A stretch of 64,000 nucleotides of DNA from the NCBI GenBank assembly GCA_037444125.1, contig JBBINA010000003.1:3167-67166 (forward strand), given 5' to 3'. This stretch comes from a bacterium. GTDB taxonomy: Bacteria; Patescibacteriota; Minisyncoccia; JBBINA01. Every line of letters begins with the position of its first letter. Position 1 is the first letter of the stretch. The notes below the pieces were generated by a model that was not told the origin of the DNA, made no database searches, and worked only from the letters and a program-made list of their open reading frames with translations. Positions 20,128 through 30,681 of this stretch are shown here, one piece after another. A program made the position numbers and the translations under genes.

Positions 20128-21416
20128 GATGCCGTCCTTAAATTTCCTTTAAAAATATAAGCAATAATTATAATCTGAACTATATAGTAAAAATGGTTAA
20201 GATGGAAATAGCGGGAAAAAAATAAGAAAGTAAAAGTTAGTAAAGCATAAACCATCAAAAAAGCACTTAATGATCTCTCCCTTTGTAAATAAATATAGCC
20301 TACTATAAAAATAGGTAAACCAAACAATAACTGCAATATCCAGAACGGAAAATAAGCAAAAATGTCTTTTACAAAACCAAAATAATATAAATAAGAAGCA
20401 AATCCTATTCCCCTAACTCCACCTAAAGGATATGGCGATAACGAAGTTCCGCTGCCATAATTCCAAATGTCATCAATAAAATCACCTGCCGAAAAAATAA
20501 AGAACGGAAAAATTACCACGCCCGCAACCACTAACGCAGGCATTAGTTCGTATAAACTTCGACGAAATAATAACATTAAGTTTGCTCCACCCTTTTTCCA
20601 ATCTCTAAAACGATACAAAAAATACAATGGCAATAAAAGCCAAGTAGTCTGCTTGCTAGCATACAAAAAACTCATAAAAATAGAGGATAAAATTGTTTTT
20701 CTTCTAATTAAAAAATATAGGAAAAACAGCAATAATGCAATAATTATTACATCATTATATCCATAAATTAAACCGTTTAAAAAAAACGGATTGGCGAATA
20801 AAATCAACCCTACCATCTTTCTCGGGTTATCAATGGTAACATTATTTAAAATTAGCATCGATAATATAAAAGCTATCACATGAATTAATCTAAAATCAAA
20901 CCAACTAAAAAGCCAATAACTCAATAAATAAAATGGAACAGAGATAACTAAAAAAAATGGAAGATATATATAATGATATAGTGCTGGATTTTCTATTATT
21001 TGACCATTAAGCAAAGGTCCTATATAGCCATAGTTCCAACTTGCCAATTCGGTATCTAAATAGTTCTCTCGATATGGATTTTTGTTTTTCAACAAAAAAG
21101 AAACCGCAGCTTCGGTTTGAATTACGCTATCATGGGTATAACGTAATTCTCCCTTTACTCTTAAAAATAAATTTATAACTAGGATTGGTAAAAAAAGAAC
21201 TACTAATATTATCCCCAATAATATTTTTTTAAAAAAATATGAATTTATGTTGAGGCGGTATGAAATAAACACATAACCTAAAAAAAACAACAATGCTAAT
21301 GTTGTTAATCCAAATATTATTAGCTGACCACGCAAACTTCCAAAATATAGGCTCAGATACCTTTCGGTTGTAAAAAAATATGCAAAAAAGTATGCAACTA
21401 GTAGTAATATATCCAT
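20124..21416 (-). CDS. polytopic membrane protein, putative GT-C-like glycosyltransferase (GT87/DUF2029-like)
   Basis: 430 aa, about 11 TM helices, aromatic-rich loops. Family assignment is tentative. Confidence 0.35.
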   Translation of the reverse strand: MDILLLVAYFFAYFFTTERYLSLYFGSLRGQLIIFGLTTLALLFFLGYVFISYRLNINSYFFKKILLGIILVVLFLPILVINLFLRVKGELRYTHDSVIQTEAAVSFLLKNKNPYRENYLDTELASWNYGYIGPLLNGQIIENPALYHYIYLPFFLVISVPFYLLSYWLFSWFDFRLIHVIAFILSMLILNNVTIDNPRKMVGLILFANPFFLNGLIYGYNDVIIIALLLFFLYFLIRRKTILSSIFMSFLYASKQTTWLLLPLYFLYRFRDWKKGGANLMLLFRRSLYELMPALVVAGVVIFPFFIFSAGDFIDDIWNYGSGTSLSPYPLGGVRGIGFASYLYYFGFVKDIFAYFPFWILQLLFGLPIFIVGYIYLQRERSLSAFLMVYALLTFTFLFFSRYFHLNHFYYIVQIIIIAYIFKGNLRTAS

Positions 21417-21426
21417 ATAATATTAC

Positions 21427-22155
21427 TCACTTTAAAAATCTAAACTTTAAAAGCGTATAAACCGCTTTGAAACCCTGATACCACCTTAACTTCTTTCCCT
21501 CCTGAAAACCTCTGGGCAGATAACTAATAGGTACTTCTGTAATTTTTATTCCTTTTCTTAATATTTTTGCTGTAATTTCCTCGCAAAACTCAAAACCGTT
21601 ATGCTCTAAAGTAATATTGGCCAAAACCTTCCTTCTAAATACTTTATAACCGGTACTAATGTCACTTAAATAACTTCGGTATAAGATATTTCCAGCCAAA
21701 GTCACTAAACGTCCTCCATAATAATAAAATGGTGTAAATTTAGGATTCCGAATATTCAATATCCTTGAACCATATACAACTTCACTTTTACCTTCTAAAA
21801 TTGGCTTAAGCAAAAAAGGATAATCTTTAGGATTGTATTCAAGATCGGCATCCTGAATAATCACTATATCACCCGTTGCCATACTCAAACCAGTTCTAAT
21901 CGCTGCCCCCTTACCTTGGTTTTTAAGATGTCTCTTAACCTTAATAATAAAATAAGGATTAATTGGCAAACTGCGAATATATTTATTCAAATAAAAATAG
22001 GTGCCGTCTGTAGAACAATCGTCAATTACGATAATTTCTTTTGCTATATCATAAAGTGAAACCTTTATAACTCTATCTAACACTAATCTAATGGTTTTAC
22101 GCTCGTTAAAACAAGGAATGATGATAGATAACTTAATAAGTTTATTGCTGGACAT
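21427..22155 (-). CDS. GT2-family glycosyltransferase (Dpm1-like)
   Basis: 242 aa: LSIIIPCFNERKTI...VIDDCSTDGT...QDADLEYNPKDYP. Confidence 0.7.
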   Translation of the reverse strand: MSSNKLIKLSIIIPCFNERKTIRLVLDRVIKVSLYDIAKEIIVIDDCSTDGTYFYLNKYIRSLPINPYFIIKVKRHLKNQGKGAAIRTGLSMATGDIVIIQDADLEYNPKDYPFLLKPILEGKSEVVYGSRILNIRNPKFTPFYYYGGRLVTLAGNILYRSYLSDISTGYKVFRRKVLANITLEHNGFEFCEEITAKILRKGIKITEVPISYLPRGFQEGKKLRWYQGFKAVYTLLKFRFLK

Positions 22156-23503
22156 AGTTGTAAAAATATTTTTCCTTTATAGTTTTAAGAAGTTTAAAAA
22201 TTAATATGGCTGGCAAAATTATATAAAAAACAGTAAAACCTACAGAATTAAACATTGGATAGGCAATGAGGGCGGTTATAGTAAGTAGAAACAGCTCATC
22301 GCTCTTTTGCAAAAAAATCAAAAAGGGAACAAGCCATAGAGAATCCCATTGCCTAACATTAATCTGAAATAAAATTATAAACATAACTAACGCAAGCAAT
22401 CCCTTCATCAAGAATGTCTTTTTGCTGTTTATTAGATTTATAAGATAACCAATAAAAAACAATGGTCTAAAAATAAAACGCGACAAGTAAGAAACTATAA
22501 AAAATAAAGTTAGTCTATCCTTAATTGTCTCTACAAATGGTATATAGAATATATTAGCGTAAGGCAATAAAAATATTTGGGATTGGAGAAATAAGCTTTT
22601 AAATGTTGTCCTTCCTGCCCAAATATCTTTATAGGCGAAGTAAACAATTAAAAACCCCAGTAACAAATTAACCAACAAAAATTGTATCTTACGCGCTAAG
22701 GTTTTTATTTTTTTAACAAGCTCGACCAAAGCAATTGGCACTAATAAAAAATATACATACTTAACTAGCCCTGAAACTATCAACAAAGGTATTACCAAAT
22801 ATCTTTTCCGATAAACAAAAAAGTAAATTCCCAAAATACCAAAAAATATCATCAGGTAATCGTTATGGGCATTATTAATAAATTCAATTAATATCCAAGG
22901 ATTAAATGCATATAGATAAGTTGCTTGAATCTCGCAGCCGGGCGCCAACTTTTTAACAACTAAATAAACTAACACTACGCTCAAGGTATTTATTAAGAAA
23001 GCGAACATTTTAAACACTATCATTGTGTATTGCGGAAATGAAGCAGACGATTTAGTCAGAAAATGCCCCACCCAGTACCACACTGGCCCATAATGATTCT
23101 CTTGGTTCCTCCACTCGCTCTGCTTAGTAAACATATCATCTGGATATTGAAATGGTGCAACTTTATAAGAATTTTCGTGGTATATCGAGCTTAACCTGCC
23201 CAAAGCAATAACTCTATAAACATCATTGGAAAAAAAAGGCGGTATAAAAACTAAAATTAAAGAGACCAGACAATAAGTCATTGCCAGCTTTGTTTTGTTT
23301 TTTTTAAGAAACTCGGCTCTGTAATAATAAACAATATAGATTACGACAATAAAAATTACAATTGCTAATAACTGCCAAACCCTAAAGTTATCATCAAAAA
23401 TATATACAGGCACCTTTAAACTTACGCGTGAATAACCAAAGTAGTAAAAACCGAGCATAAAGCAAAAACCAATATAAGATAAAACAAAAACAAACAATAG
23501 CAT
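22142..23503 (-). CDS. polytopic membrane protein, putative GT-C-like glycosyltransferase
   Basis: 453 aa with many TM helices. It sits inside the glycosylation island. Confidence 0.35.
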   Translation of the reverse strand: MLLFVFVLSYIGFCFMLGFYYFGYSRVSLKVPVYIFDDNFRVWQLLAIVIFIVVIYIVYYYRAEFLKKNKTKLAMTYCLVSLILVFIPPFFSNDVYRVIALGRLSSIYHENSYKVAPFQYPDDMFTKQSEWRNQENHYGPVWYWVGHFLTKSSASFPQYTMIVFKMFAFLINTLSVVLVYLVVKKLAPGCEIQATYLYAFNPWILIEFINNAHNDYLMIFFGILGIYFFVYRKRYLVIPLLIVSGLVKYVYFLLVPIALVELVKKIKTLARKIQFLLVNLLLGFLIVYFAYKDIWAGRTTFKSLFLQSQIFLLPYANIFYIPFVETIKDRLTLFFIVSYLSRFIFRPLFFIGYLINLINSKKTFLMKGLLALVMFIILFQINVRQWDSLWLVPFLIFLQKSDELFLLTITALIAYPMFNSVGFTVFYIILPAILIFKLLKTIKEKYFYNYVQQ

Positions 23504-23575
23504 ATTAATTATTCCAAGATCTTAAAACTTAAAATAATAAATAAACAAAAACATTTTTAAAAACAACTTATAAAA

Positions 23576-25319
23576 CTAATCTGTCCGTAATATTTTTCTA
23601 AACTCGTCTTCGTAAACAACCGGGAACTGCTCTTCAAAGAAGAAACGAACCATCTCTGGGAAAACAAGTTCTTTACAAAAAAATCTGTCATGCACATCGA
23701 GCTTGTAGATAATAACAAATTTAATCTTATATTTAATAAGAAATTCTTTTAACTCGTCAATTGACGGCGCATCAGTTCCTGGATTTGTCTGACAAGAAAA
23801 GAAAGGCCTCACATTATCTTCAAATAAATAGTTTATAAATTTTCTACTTTGATATACACGGATATTTATTAATCCTCCGATCAGCTTTCTTCCGTGAAGA
23901 GTCTGGTCATAAAGATGCAGACCTGACATAACTGGTCCCAACGGTAAATTCATAACAGCAAAGTCGCTGGTATCTTTTTGCCATTGATAAAAAATAGGTG
24001 GAACCCTAATGTCAAATCTGCCATAAGGATATATTGCTCTTTCAAAAATCAAACCAGCAAGTAATAAAACAACACTAACCCATCTAAATTTTATTTTTGA
24101 AAATGCTAAAGATAGAATGATCGCAAGAATTAAAACCGGAAAAATTGCGAATCTAGTCGCAAAACGCAACTGATTAAAGGGGGGAATATACATAAGTATA
24201 GCCATAAGGTAAGATAACTTTTTTCTCCATACCGAGTGACGCTCCTAAAACCGCTTCGTCTTCGGTCGGCTCAAACATATATAGAATAGGTCCTAAGGAT
24301 AAAACTAAAAAAACGGCACCAATAATTATGAGTTTCTTATATTTTACCGCCGCCTCATAACCCAACTTAAAGATTCTCGCCCGCCACAAAAACAGAAAAA
24401 TAAATCCCAACTCAATATAACCAAAAAAAACACTTGCGCCTTCTGTAGAGGCATAGTGACCTATAATTGGTATCTGTTTTAAAAACTTGCTCAGCCACTC
24501 CATATTCATCTCCATGTTCATATTCCTAGGGCTAACAAAGGAAAAAACGCGCGCGGCACCTGATGTTTGTTCCCAAAAAGAAAAACGAGGAACAAATAGC
24601 TCATAACCAAAAAAGAAGAACATAAACACCAAAACGCCACCATAGATACCTAAAGCCACTTTTAAAAGCTGCCGACTACCAAATACCAAACTAAACACAA
24701 AAAGTAGCAAGATGCTATAAAAAAAATAAATATAGGATGATAGAACCGCCAATAAAAGTCCACTTAAGATTTTTACCAGACTCCAGATGTTTGGCTTTTC
24801 TTTATACTGAAAACAAAACATTAGTATCAAAGGTAAGCTGAAACCGGCCAAAAGATTCAAATATTTATCACCGCGGGAAATAAAATAAGGGGAAAATGCG
24901 TAAATTGCGCTACCAATAAACGAGGCCAAGGGTTTATGATGGAAATATCTTCGCAATACATAGAAAAGCGTCGTGCCGTTTAAAGCAAAAAATAGCAGAA
25001 TAACAATATTGTTTATAAAAATACCGTTAGTAAAACTTCCAAATAAATAATAAATAATAATATATAGATAACTATCTATCGAGGTTGTCATGTCAACACC
25101 CCTGGGATACCATAAAAGATCAGTAGTCAACCTAAAATTACCGTCAACAACGCCCTTCATAAACCAACCCACCCAAGTCATTCCTAAAGCATCACGTAAT
25201 GAATTTGATGTATTAAAATTAAAGTAAGGTGTCGCTATCGGCGTGCCAAGTGCTAAATAAAATAAAAACGCCCAGATGATTTCTATATTTTTTATTATTT
25301 TATCTTTAATTTCGAACAT
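23576..25319 (-). pseudogene. Frameshifted paralog of the 597-aa membrane protein at 27626-29419 (two ORFs, 24174-25319 and 23576-24205)
   Basis: The upstream ORF ends ...VILPYGYTYVYSPL* and the downstream ORF begins MAILMYIPPF.. in a different frame. The intact paralog reads ..VPLPYFLIMYLPPF.. across the same point. The C-terminal halves also align (YDQTLHGRKLIGG vs YDQTIHNKRIVGG). This implies a 1-nt indel near 24200-24207. A G6 run lies at 24179-24184. Confidence 0.6.
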
Positions 25320-25474
25320 TATAATAAATTTGCTTTTGAAGCGTAATATCTTTTCAACCTTGAGTGGTGCTCTTAAAGGTAGATGTAGATAATCTTAAGG
25401 TTTTTAGCATATAAATTGTCGAAATCGCCAATAATTAAAAATTCTTATCAACAGAGATTCCGGCATAAACAATA

Positions 25475-26104
25475 CTATTTCAGTAAAAACTTAGGAATAT
25501 TATATAACTTACAGGTTGGGACGGCTCTGAATATCAAATCATAATCTGAGGCAAAACTTAAAGATTCATTATAACCATTCAGCTTGAAATAAATATCTCT
25601 CCTGTAACACCTAACAGGATCGGCAATTGGACTAACACGAAAAATGTACTTCCTTATCGCCTCATCTGTAACAGGATAATAACGTTTGCCTAAATCTTTT
25701 CCTCTGTCATTTATGATAACAAGATATGACCCACACACACCATAGGTTGGATTTTTTTCTAAAAAATCAACTTGCTCCTTTAGACGATCCGGTTCAGCAA
25801 TATCATCACTGTCCATAATAGCTACATATTTGCCCCTTGCGAACTTTCGTATAGCATAATTACGATTTCTAAATAAACCCTGTTTTTTTTCATTATCTAT
25901 AACTATAATCCTCGAATCTTTCATCTTATAATGATTTATGATTGTCATTGTATCATCTGTAGAGCAATCATTTATTATAATAAATTCGAAATTCGTAAAA
26001 GTTTGACCTAATATACTTTCTATTGCAACACCAATATATCGCTCCGAATTATAAGCCGACATTACCACAGATACTTTCGGTTTGGCATTATTTTGCATTC
26101 CCAT
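25475..26104 (-). CDS. GT2-family glycosyltransferase
   Basis: 209 aa: VSVVMSAYNSERYI...IINDCSTDDT...AIMDSDDIAEPDRL (DxD, GT-A fold). Confidence 0.65.
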   Translation of the reverse strand: MGMQNNAKPKVSVVMSAYNSERYIGVAIESILGQTFTNFEFIIINDCSTDDTMTIINHYKMKDSRIIVIDNEKKQGLFRNRNYAIRKFARGKYVAIMDSDDIAEPDRLKEQVDFLEKNPTYGVCGSYLVIINDRGKDLGKRYYPVTDEAIRKYIFRVSPIADPVRCYRRDIYFKLNGYNESLSFASDYDLIFRAVPTCKLYNIPKFLLK

Positions 26105-26121
26105 ATTTATGTTTATCTTAT

Positions 26122-27666
26122 TTACTGTAACATATTTTCATCAATACTTTCTCTTTTTAAAATAACTCCAGCTGAATTTTTTGAAAAAACCCTAAACTCG
26201 TTTGAAATGATTATCTTATCCAAACTACGTTCAAGCCATGGCTTATCCTTTTCAAGATACAAAATATACTCAACATCACTAAATACCGGCAACTGAGCAA
26301 GATGTTGCCTTTTAAACAAATGGGGCAACGAATAAACATAGGCAGCAACTGAGACATCCTGTGGAATACGGCTAATTAAGTTTATTGTTTCGTTTCTACG
26401 ATAATCAGTAAATCGTTCGTGCCACCGCTGATATGATGCCACGGGCATATAATATATAAAATTAAAAAAAACGACTGCAATTAAGCTGTATATAAACCCA
26501 AAGGTAACAATATTAACCCTAGTAAATTTACTAATCAAGAAGTTTTTGGCGGCTAAAATACTAATTATCCCCAAAGGCAAATAGGAAAGATTGTAATGAA
26601 ACCATGCAAGATGGCTATAATAAAAAATGTTACTAACCAACAACCTTTCTGCAATCGGTAAGACAAACAGCAAAATCCCGGGGGTAAAAACAGCCGGCAT
26701 AAAAGTGCCGACATTAAAAAAAATATTAGCATATTTCAAGGCATTAAAACCATTTAAGCATATAAATGATGATAACTTGCCTTGAAGAAATCTTTCCCAA
26801 GATTCTTTATAAAATGAAAAGTAAAAATAACTATCCTGTAAAAAATGAGGTATAACTATTTTAATAACTGTTATAAAGACAATGATACTGATAAAAACCG
26901 TAGCTAAGCCATGTTTTAAAAAAGTTCGTCTATCATAAATAATCAAAAATAAACCAAAAGCTGATAGATGAAGAATAAAATTCTCCTTTATCGTCATAAC
27001 TAAAATTGCCACGAGCCAATAAAATAACCACTTGCGGGTTATAGCAAAATAAAAAAGACTTAAGAGTAAAAAGGGATAAAAACTGTCCTGGGTAAAATCA
27101 TAAAGAGCAGCTGATTGTAAACCAGGATATAAAATATAAGTTAAACCAATCAATAGGGTATAAAATGATTGAATCTTAAGATGTCGAGCAATATAGTAAA
27201 GTGGAATAACGCCTAACAAAAGCAGCGTCACCTGGCCATAAATCAATGTTTCTGCCTCGGGCCAAAGCTTGAAAAAAGGTATGAATATCCAAATAATTGG
27301 ATTGAAGTGATTACCAAACTCATTTATAAGAACTTTGTTTCCGCTATCAATGGTTATTATAGGACTTCCCGTAGTTACCAAGTTCCATAATAAGTTCAGG
27401 GTATTAGCCAAATCTTGGGTGCTGAAAAAATTATAGTGACGATGTAGCGCAAGCGATGAATAATAAAAAAATAAGCAAATAACTAATATCGAAAGTATTA
27501 TCTTGGTTAAATGATAGCTTAGGTATTGTCCGGTCATATCAGAAAGTTTCTTGATAAATCCCTTTCTATGGGAATAAACGCTCAGAACACCACTTATTGA
27601 CAAGATTAAAATAATTTTAAACAAATCAGTCATAATGTTTTGGTAAGTTTCCGACTGAATACACAC
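26122..27666 (-). CDS. polytopic membrane protein, putative GT-C-like glycosyltransferase
   Basis: 514 aa with more than 10 TM helices. It overlaps the next gene by 41 nt. Confidence 0.35.
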   Translation of the reverse strand: MCIQSETYQNIMTDLFKIILILSISGVLSVYSHRKGFIKKLSDMTGQYLSYHLTKIILSILVICLFFYYSSLALHRHYNFFSTQDLANTLNLLWNLVTTGSPIITIDSGNKVLINEFGNHFNPIIWIFIPFFKLWPEAETLIYGQVTLLLLGVIPLYYIARHLKIQSFYTLLIGLTYILYPGLQSAALYDFTQDSFYPFLLLSLFYFAITRKWLFYWLVAILVMTIKENFILHLSAFGLFLIIYDRRTFLKHGLATVFISIIVFITVIKIVIPHFLQDSYFYFSFYKESWERFLQGKLSSFICLNGFNALKYANIFFNVGTFMPAVFTPGILLFVLPIAERLLVSNIFYYSHLAWFHYNLSYLPLGIISILAAKNFLISKFTRVNIVTFGFIYSLIAVVFFNFIYYMPVASYQRWHERFTDYRRNETINLISRIPQDVSVAAYVYSLPHLFKRQHLAQLPVFSDVEYILYLEKDKPWLERSLDKIIISNEFRVFSKNSAGVILKRESIDENMLQ

Positions 27667-29419
27667 TTATTAATCTATCCTCGTAAATTAACGGGTATCC
27701 ATCGATAAGCTTGGAAAAATTCTTAGCGACTGCATAGCAAAAATCGTCCTTTTTTTCTCCCAATTCTAATAAAGTTTCTGTATATACTACTATATATTTG
27801 CTCCTTGATTTACTCAGAAATGCTTCAAATTTTTTTTTGTCTTCGACGTCTATAGAAAACACGGCATTATCTCCTTGATTAAAAGTACAACTTAATTTTC
27901 TCAAGAAAGAATTTTCTGGCGCATTATAAAAATTATTGAACTCTGATGACCTAATTATCAAACTATGTAGGGCCCCGCCTACAATTCGTTTATTATGAAT
28001 TGTTTGATCATAATTAGCCAGAGTATTTAATATTGAATCAGTAGGAATAATAAATAAAGAATAATCACTACGATCGTTTTTGATATCATTAAAAAACTTA
28101 GGTCGCTCTATATTTTCTAAATTATAAGGAAGGGTTAAACGCTCAATTAAAAAAGAAGCACAAATTATTGCAAAAAAAAGAGGCCGTGAGGTTAATTTTT
28201 TTTCTTTCATAAAAAAAGACACAATAACCGCTACAGCAAGCAGGGAAAAAATAATAAACCGGTTTGGTGTTCTTAAAAAAATAAAAGGGGGAAGATACAT
28301 TATCAAAAAATATGGCAAAGGGACAATTAGTTTCCCAAAAGGAGAAACAGGAGCTTGAAAAAACTTCAGAATTGGCCCCATTGAAAAAATAAGAAAACTC
28401 AAAAAAATAAGATACCATAATTTTACCTTTTTCAAAAATTCCTTGATGAACAAACCGACTACCAGTATAGCCACCTCCGGTATGCCAAGATACACATCCT
28501 TCTCGGGCAAAGTAACAATGTATTTAGTATAAAACCCAGACAACAATTTTCCCAAGCTCGTAACAGGAGGTAGAATAAACAAAAAAGGGAAATCAGTCGC
28601 ATAACTAAAATTGCTAACCAATGAATAACCCAGATCATAAAACGATAACATGCCACCATTAGAATCAACAAGTAAGGAGGAAATGATAAGCATTAAAGGC
28701 ATCATCAATAATAAGGTGAACAAAAAAACAGCCAAGTACACTTTTATATACGAACTAAACGAACGGTCAACGGTGATATGATATATAATCACTTCTACGA
28801 TTGAAAATGTGATAATAAAGATAAAATATGTTGAACTTGCTAAAAAATTAAGAAAAATAGCTAGGCTAAATAAAATCGCATAATATAGTCGCTTATTCTT
28901 TTGTAGTTTTAATAAAAATAAGATTGCCAAAGGTATAAACTCAGCAGACATAATATTAAGATGTGTAACGCCACGAGATAACATAAATGTGCTAAAACCA
29001 AAAAGAAAACCACCTACTAAAGAAGCAGTAGTATGATTCGTCAAATACTTGATCAATAGAAAACTAAAAAAAGCAGTTAAAACAAATGCTAGCAAAACTT
29101 CTATGTTATAAGCGATATGTTGAGGAAAAAATTGAGCCAATATAAATGAAAGCCCGATATTAAAATAAGAATCGGTAGTTTGAGTTATATTTACAACAAA
29201 TGGGCTCCACAGATAATCATTAAAAAATGGGTTTTTATTTAACTCAAAAATAGAATACTTAAACCACCAATTTTGCCAAATAAATAAAAAGGGATCAGAA
29301 ATAAACGATTCCGCTGGAATTGAGGAAGTAAATCTAATTATTAAAGGAAAAGTAAAAATAATAGCACAAAAAAAATAAATCATTAGAACTATTAGATTTT
29401 CTTTTATCGATTCTCGCAT
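27626..29419 (-). CDS. polytopic membrane protein with a C-terminal extracytoplasmic domain (intact paralog of the frameshifted gene)
   Basis: 597 aa. N-terminal TM bundle plus a roughly 180-aa soluble C-terminal domain (..ANYDQTIHNKRIVGGALHSL..). Confidence 0.4.
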   Translation of the reverse strand: MRESIKENLIVLMIYFFCAIIFTFPLIIRFTSSIPAESFISDPFLFIWQNWWFKYSIFELNKNPFFNDYLWSPFVVNITQTTDSYFNIGLSFILAQFFPQHIAYNIEVLLAFVLTAFFSFLLIKYLTNHTTASLVGGFLFGFSTFMLSRGVTHLNIMSAEFIPLAILFLLKLQKNKRLYYAILFSLAIFLNFLASSTYFIFIITFSIVEVIIYHITVDRSFSSYIKVYLAVFLFTLLLMMPLMLIISSLLVDSNGGMLSFYDLGYSLVSNFSYATDFPFLFILPPVTSLGKLLSGFYTKYIVTLPEKDVYLGIPEVAILVVGLFIKEFLKKVKLWYLIFLSFLIFSMGPILKFFQAPVSPFGKLIVPLPYFLIMYLPPFIFLRTPNRFIIFSLLAVAVIVSFFMKEKKLTSRPLFFAIICASFLIERLTLPYNLENIERPKFFNDIKNDRSDYSLFIIPTDSILNTLANYDQTIHNKRIVGGALHSLIIRSSEFNNFYNAPENSFLRKLSCTFNQGDNAVFSIDVEDKKKFEAFLSKSRSKYIVVYTETLLELGEKKDDFCYAVAKNFSKLIDGYPLIYEDRLISVYSVGNLPKHYD

Positions 29420-29627
29420 GTTAGCTGAATAAACTTTAATTTAAGTTTATTTTTTCACCTGGGTTTGTTTAATATTCTGACAAGATAAAAAAATGATACC
29501 AGTAGCCTATAATATAATCTGAAGAATTTTATATCTCTTGTCTGAAACTTGGTAACACATAATAAAAATTTAAATGGAGTATTATGCACTAAAACAATCA
29601 TCTCTAAACTACTAAAGTTTTAAAGGA

Positions 29628-30593
29628 TTATTTCCTATCGAAATTTATCCTCCGTTTCACTATAAACAATGGCCTATCACTTACCTCACTATGAATATTG
29701 GCAATATAAAGGGATACTATACCAATAGAAAACAACATTATTCCAGTTAAGAAAAGATTGAAAATAGCTAAAATCGCCGTTCCAGAAAAATGAAAACCAA
29801 ACGGGTCGTTAATAATATATTTATTTAAAAATATGAATAAACCTAATAGTCCTGAAAATATCGTAACAACTACGCCAAGATAACCGACTAACCTTAAAGG
29901 AAAAAGGCTATGAGTTGTAAAGCTAACTAAAGCCAGGCTAACTAATTTCCCATAAGAATATTCACCTAATCCATGTTTTCTCTCATTAACCCGAAATATC
30001 ACATAGGCTTTTTTAAAACCCAACCAATCTATTAATCCGCGCGCAATGCGGTTTCTTTCTGTAAACCGATTAAATTCTTTTATAATTTTTCGGTCAATAA
30101 GCCGAAAGTCTGTCTCGCCGGAAACGATCTCGGTCTCGCTAATAATCTGCATAATTTTATAAAAAATCAAGGAACTTATTCTTCTAATAAAATTTGTTTT
30201 GCCAACATTTTTTTTGATGCCAATCACAATATCAAATCCTTCCTTCCATTTCTTCAGAAATTCAGAAATAAGTTCTGGCGGGTGCTGAAGGTCACCATCC
30301 ATTATTACGGCCGCGTCGCCTGAGGAATAAAAAATTCCAGCTGAAATAGCAATCTCCTTACCAAAATTTCTGGACAAACCAACGCATTTTACTCTCTCGT
30401 CTTTTTCAGCTATTTTCTTAATTACCTTATAGCTACCATCATTACTTCCATCATCTATAAAAATAATTTCAAAATTGTACTTTTCTTTTAAAGACAAAAA
30501 AACTTTTTTGAGTTTTTCATATAGTAATTCAATATTGTCTTCCTCGTTATAAACTGGGATGATAATTGAAATTAGTTTTTTGCGCATGTACAA
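29628..30593 (-). CDS. GT2-family polyprenyl-phosphate glycosyltransferase with C-terminal TM helices (GtrB/ArnC-like)
   Basis: 321 aa: ISIIIPVYNEEDNI...IFIDDGSNDGS...VIMDGDLQHPPELI, plus two C-terminal TM helices as in bactoprenol glucosyl/ArnC transferases. Confidence 0.7.
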   Translation of the reverse strand: MYMRKKLISIIIPVYNEEDNIELLYEKLKKVFLSLKEKYNFEIIFIDDGSNDGSYKVIKKIAEKDERVKCVGLSRNFGKEIAISAGIFYSSGDAAVIMDGDLQHPPELISEFLKKWKEGFDIVIGIKKNVGKTNFIRRISSLIFYKIMQIISETEIVSGETDFRLIDRKIIKEFNRFTERNRIARGLIDWLGFKKAYVIFRVNERKHGLGEYSYGKLVSLALVSFTTHSLFPLRLVGYLGVVVTIFSGLLGLFIFLNKYIINDPFGFHFSGTAILAIFNLFLTGIMLFSIGIVSLYIANIHSEVSDRPLFIVKRRINFDRK

Positions 30594-30681
30594 ACCACTA
30601 AGAAAAAGCCTTCTCTCTGAAGATAAATTATATATGAACGCATATTAAGAAATCAAATGTTATAAAAAAGCAGGTGATTTC

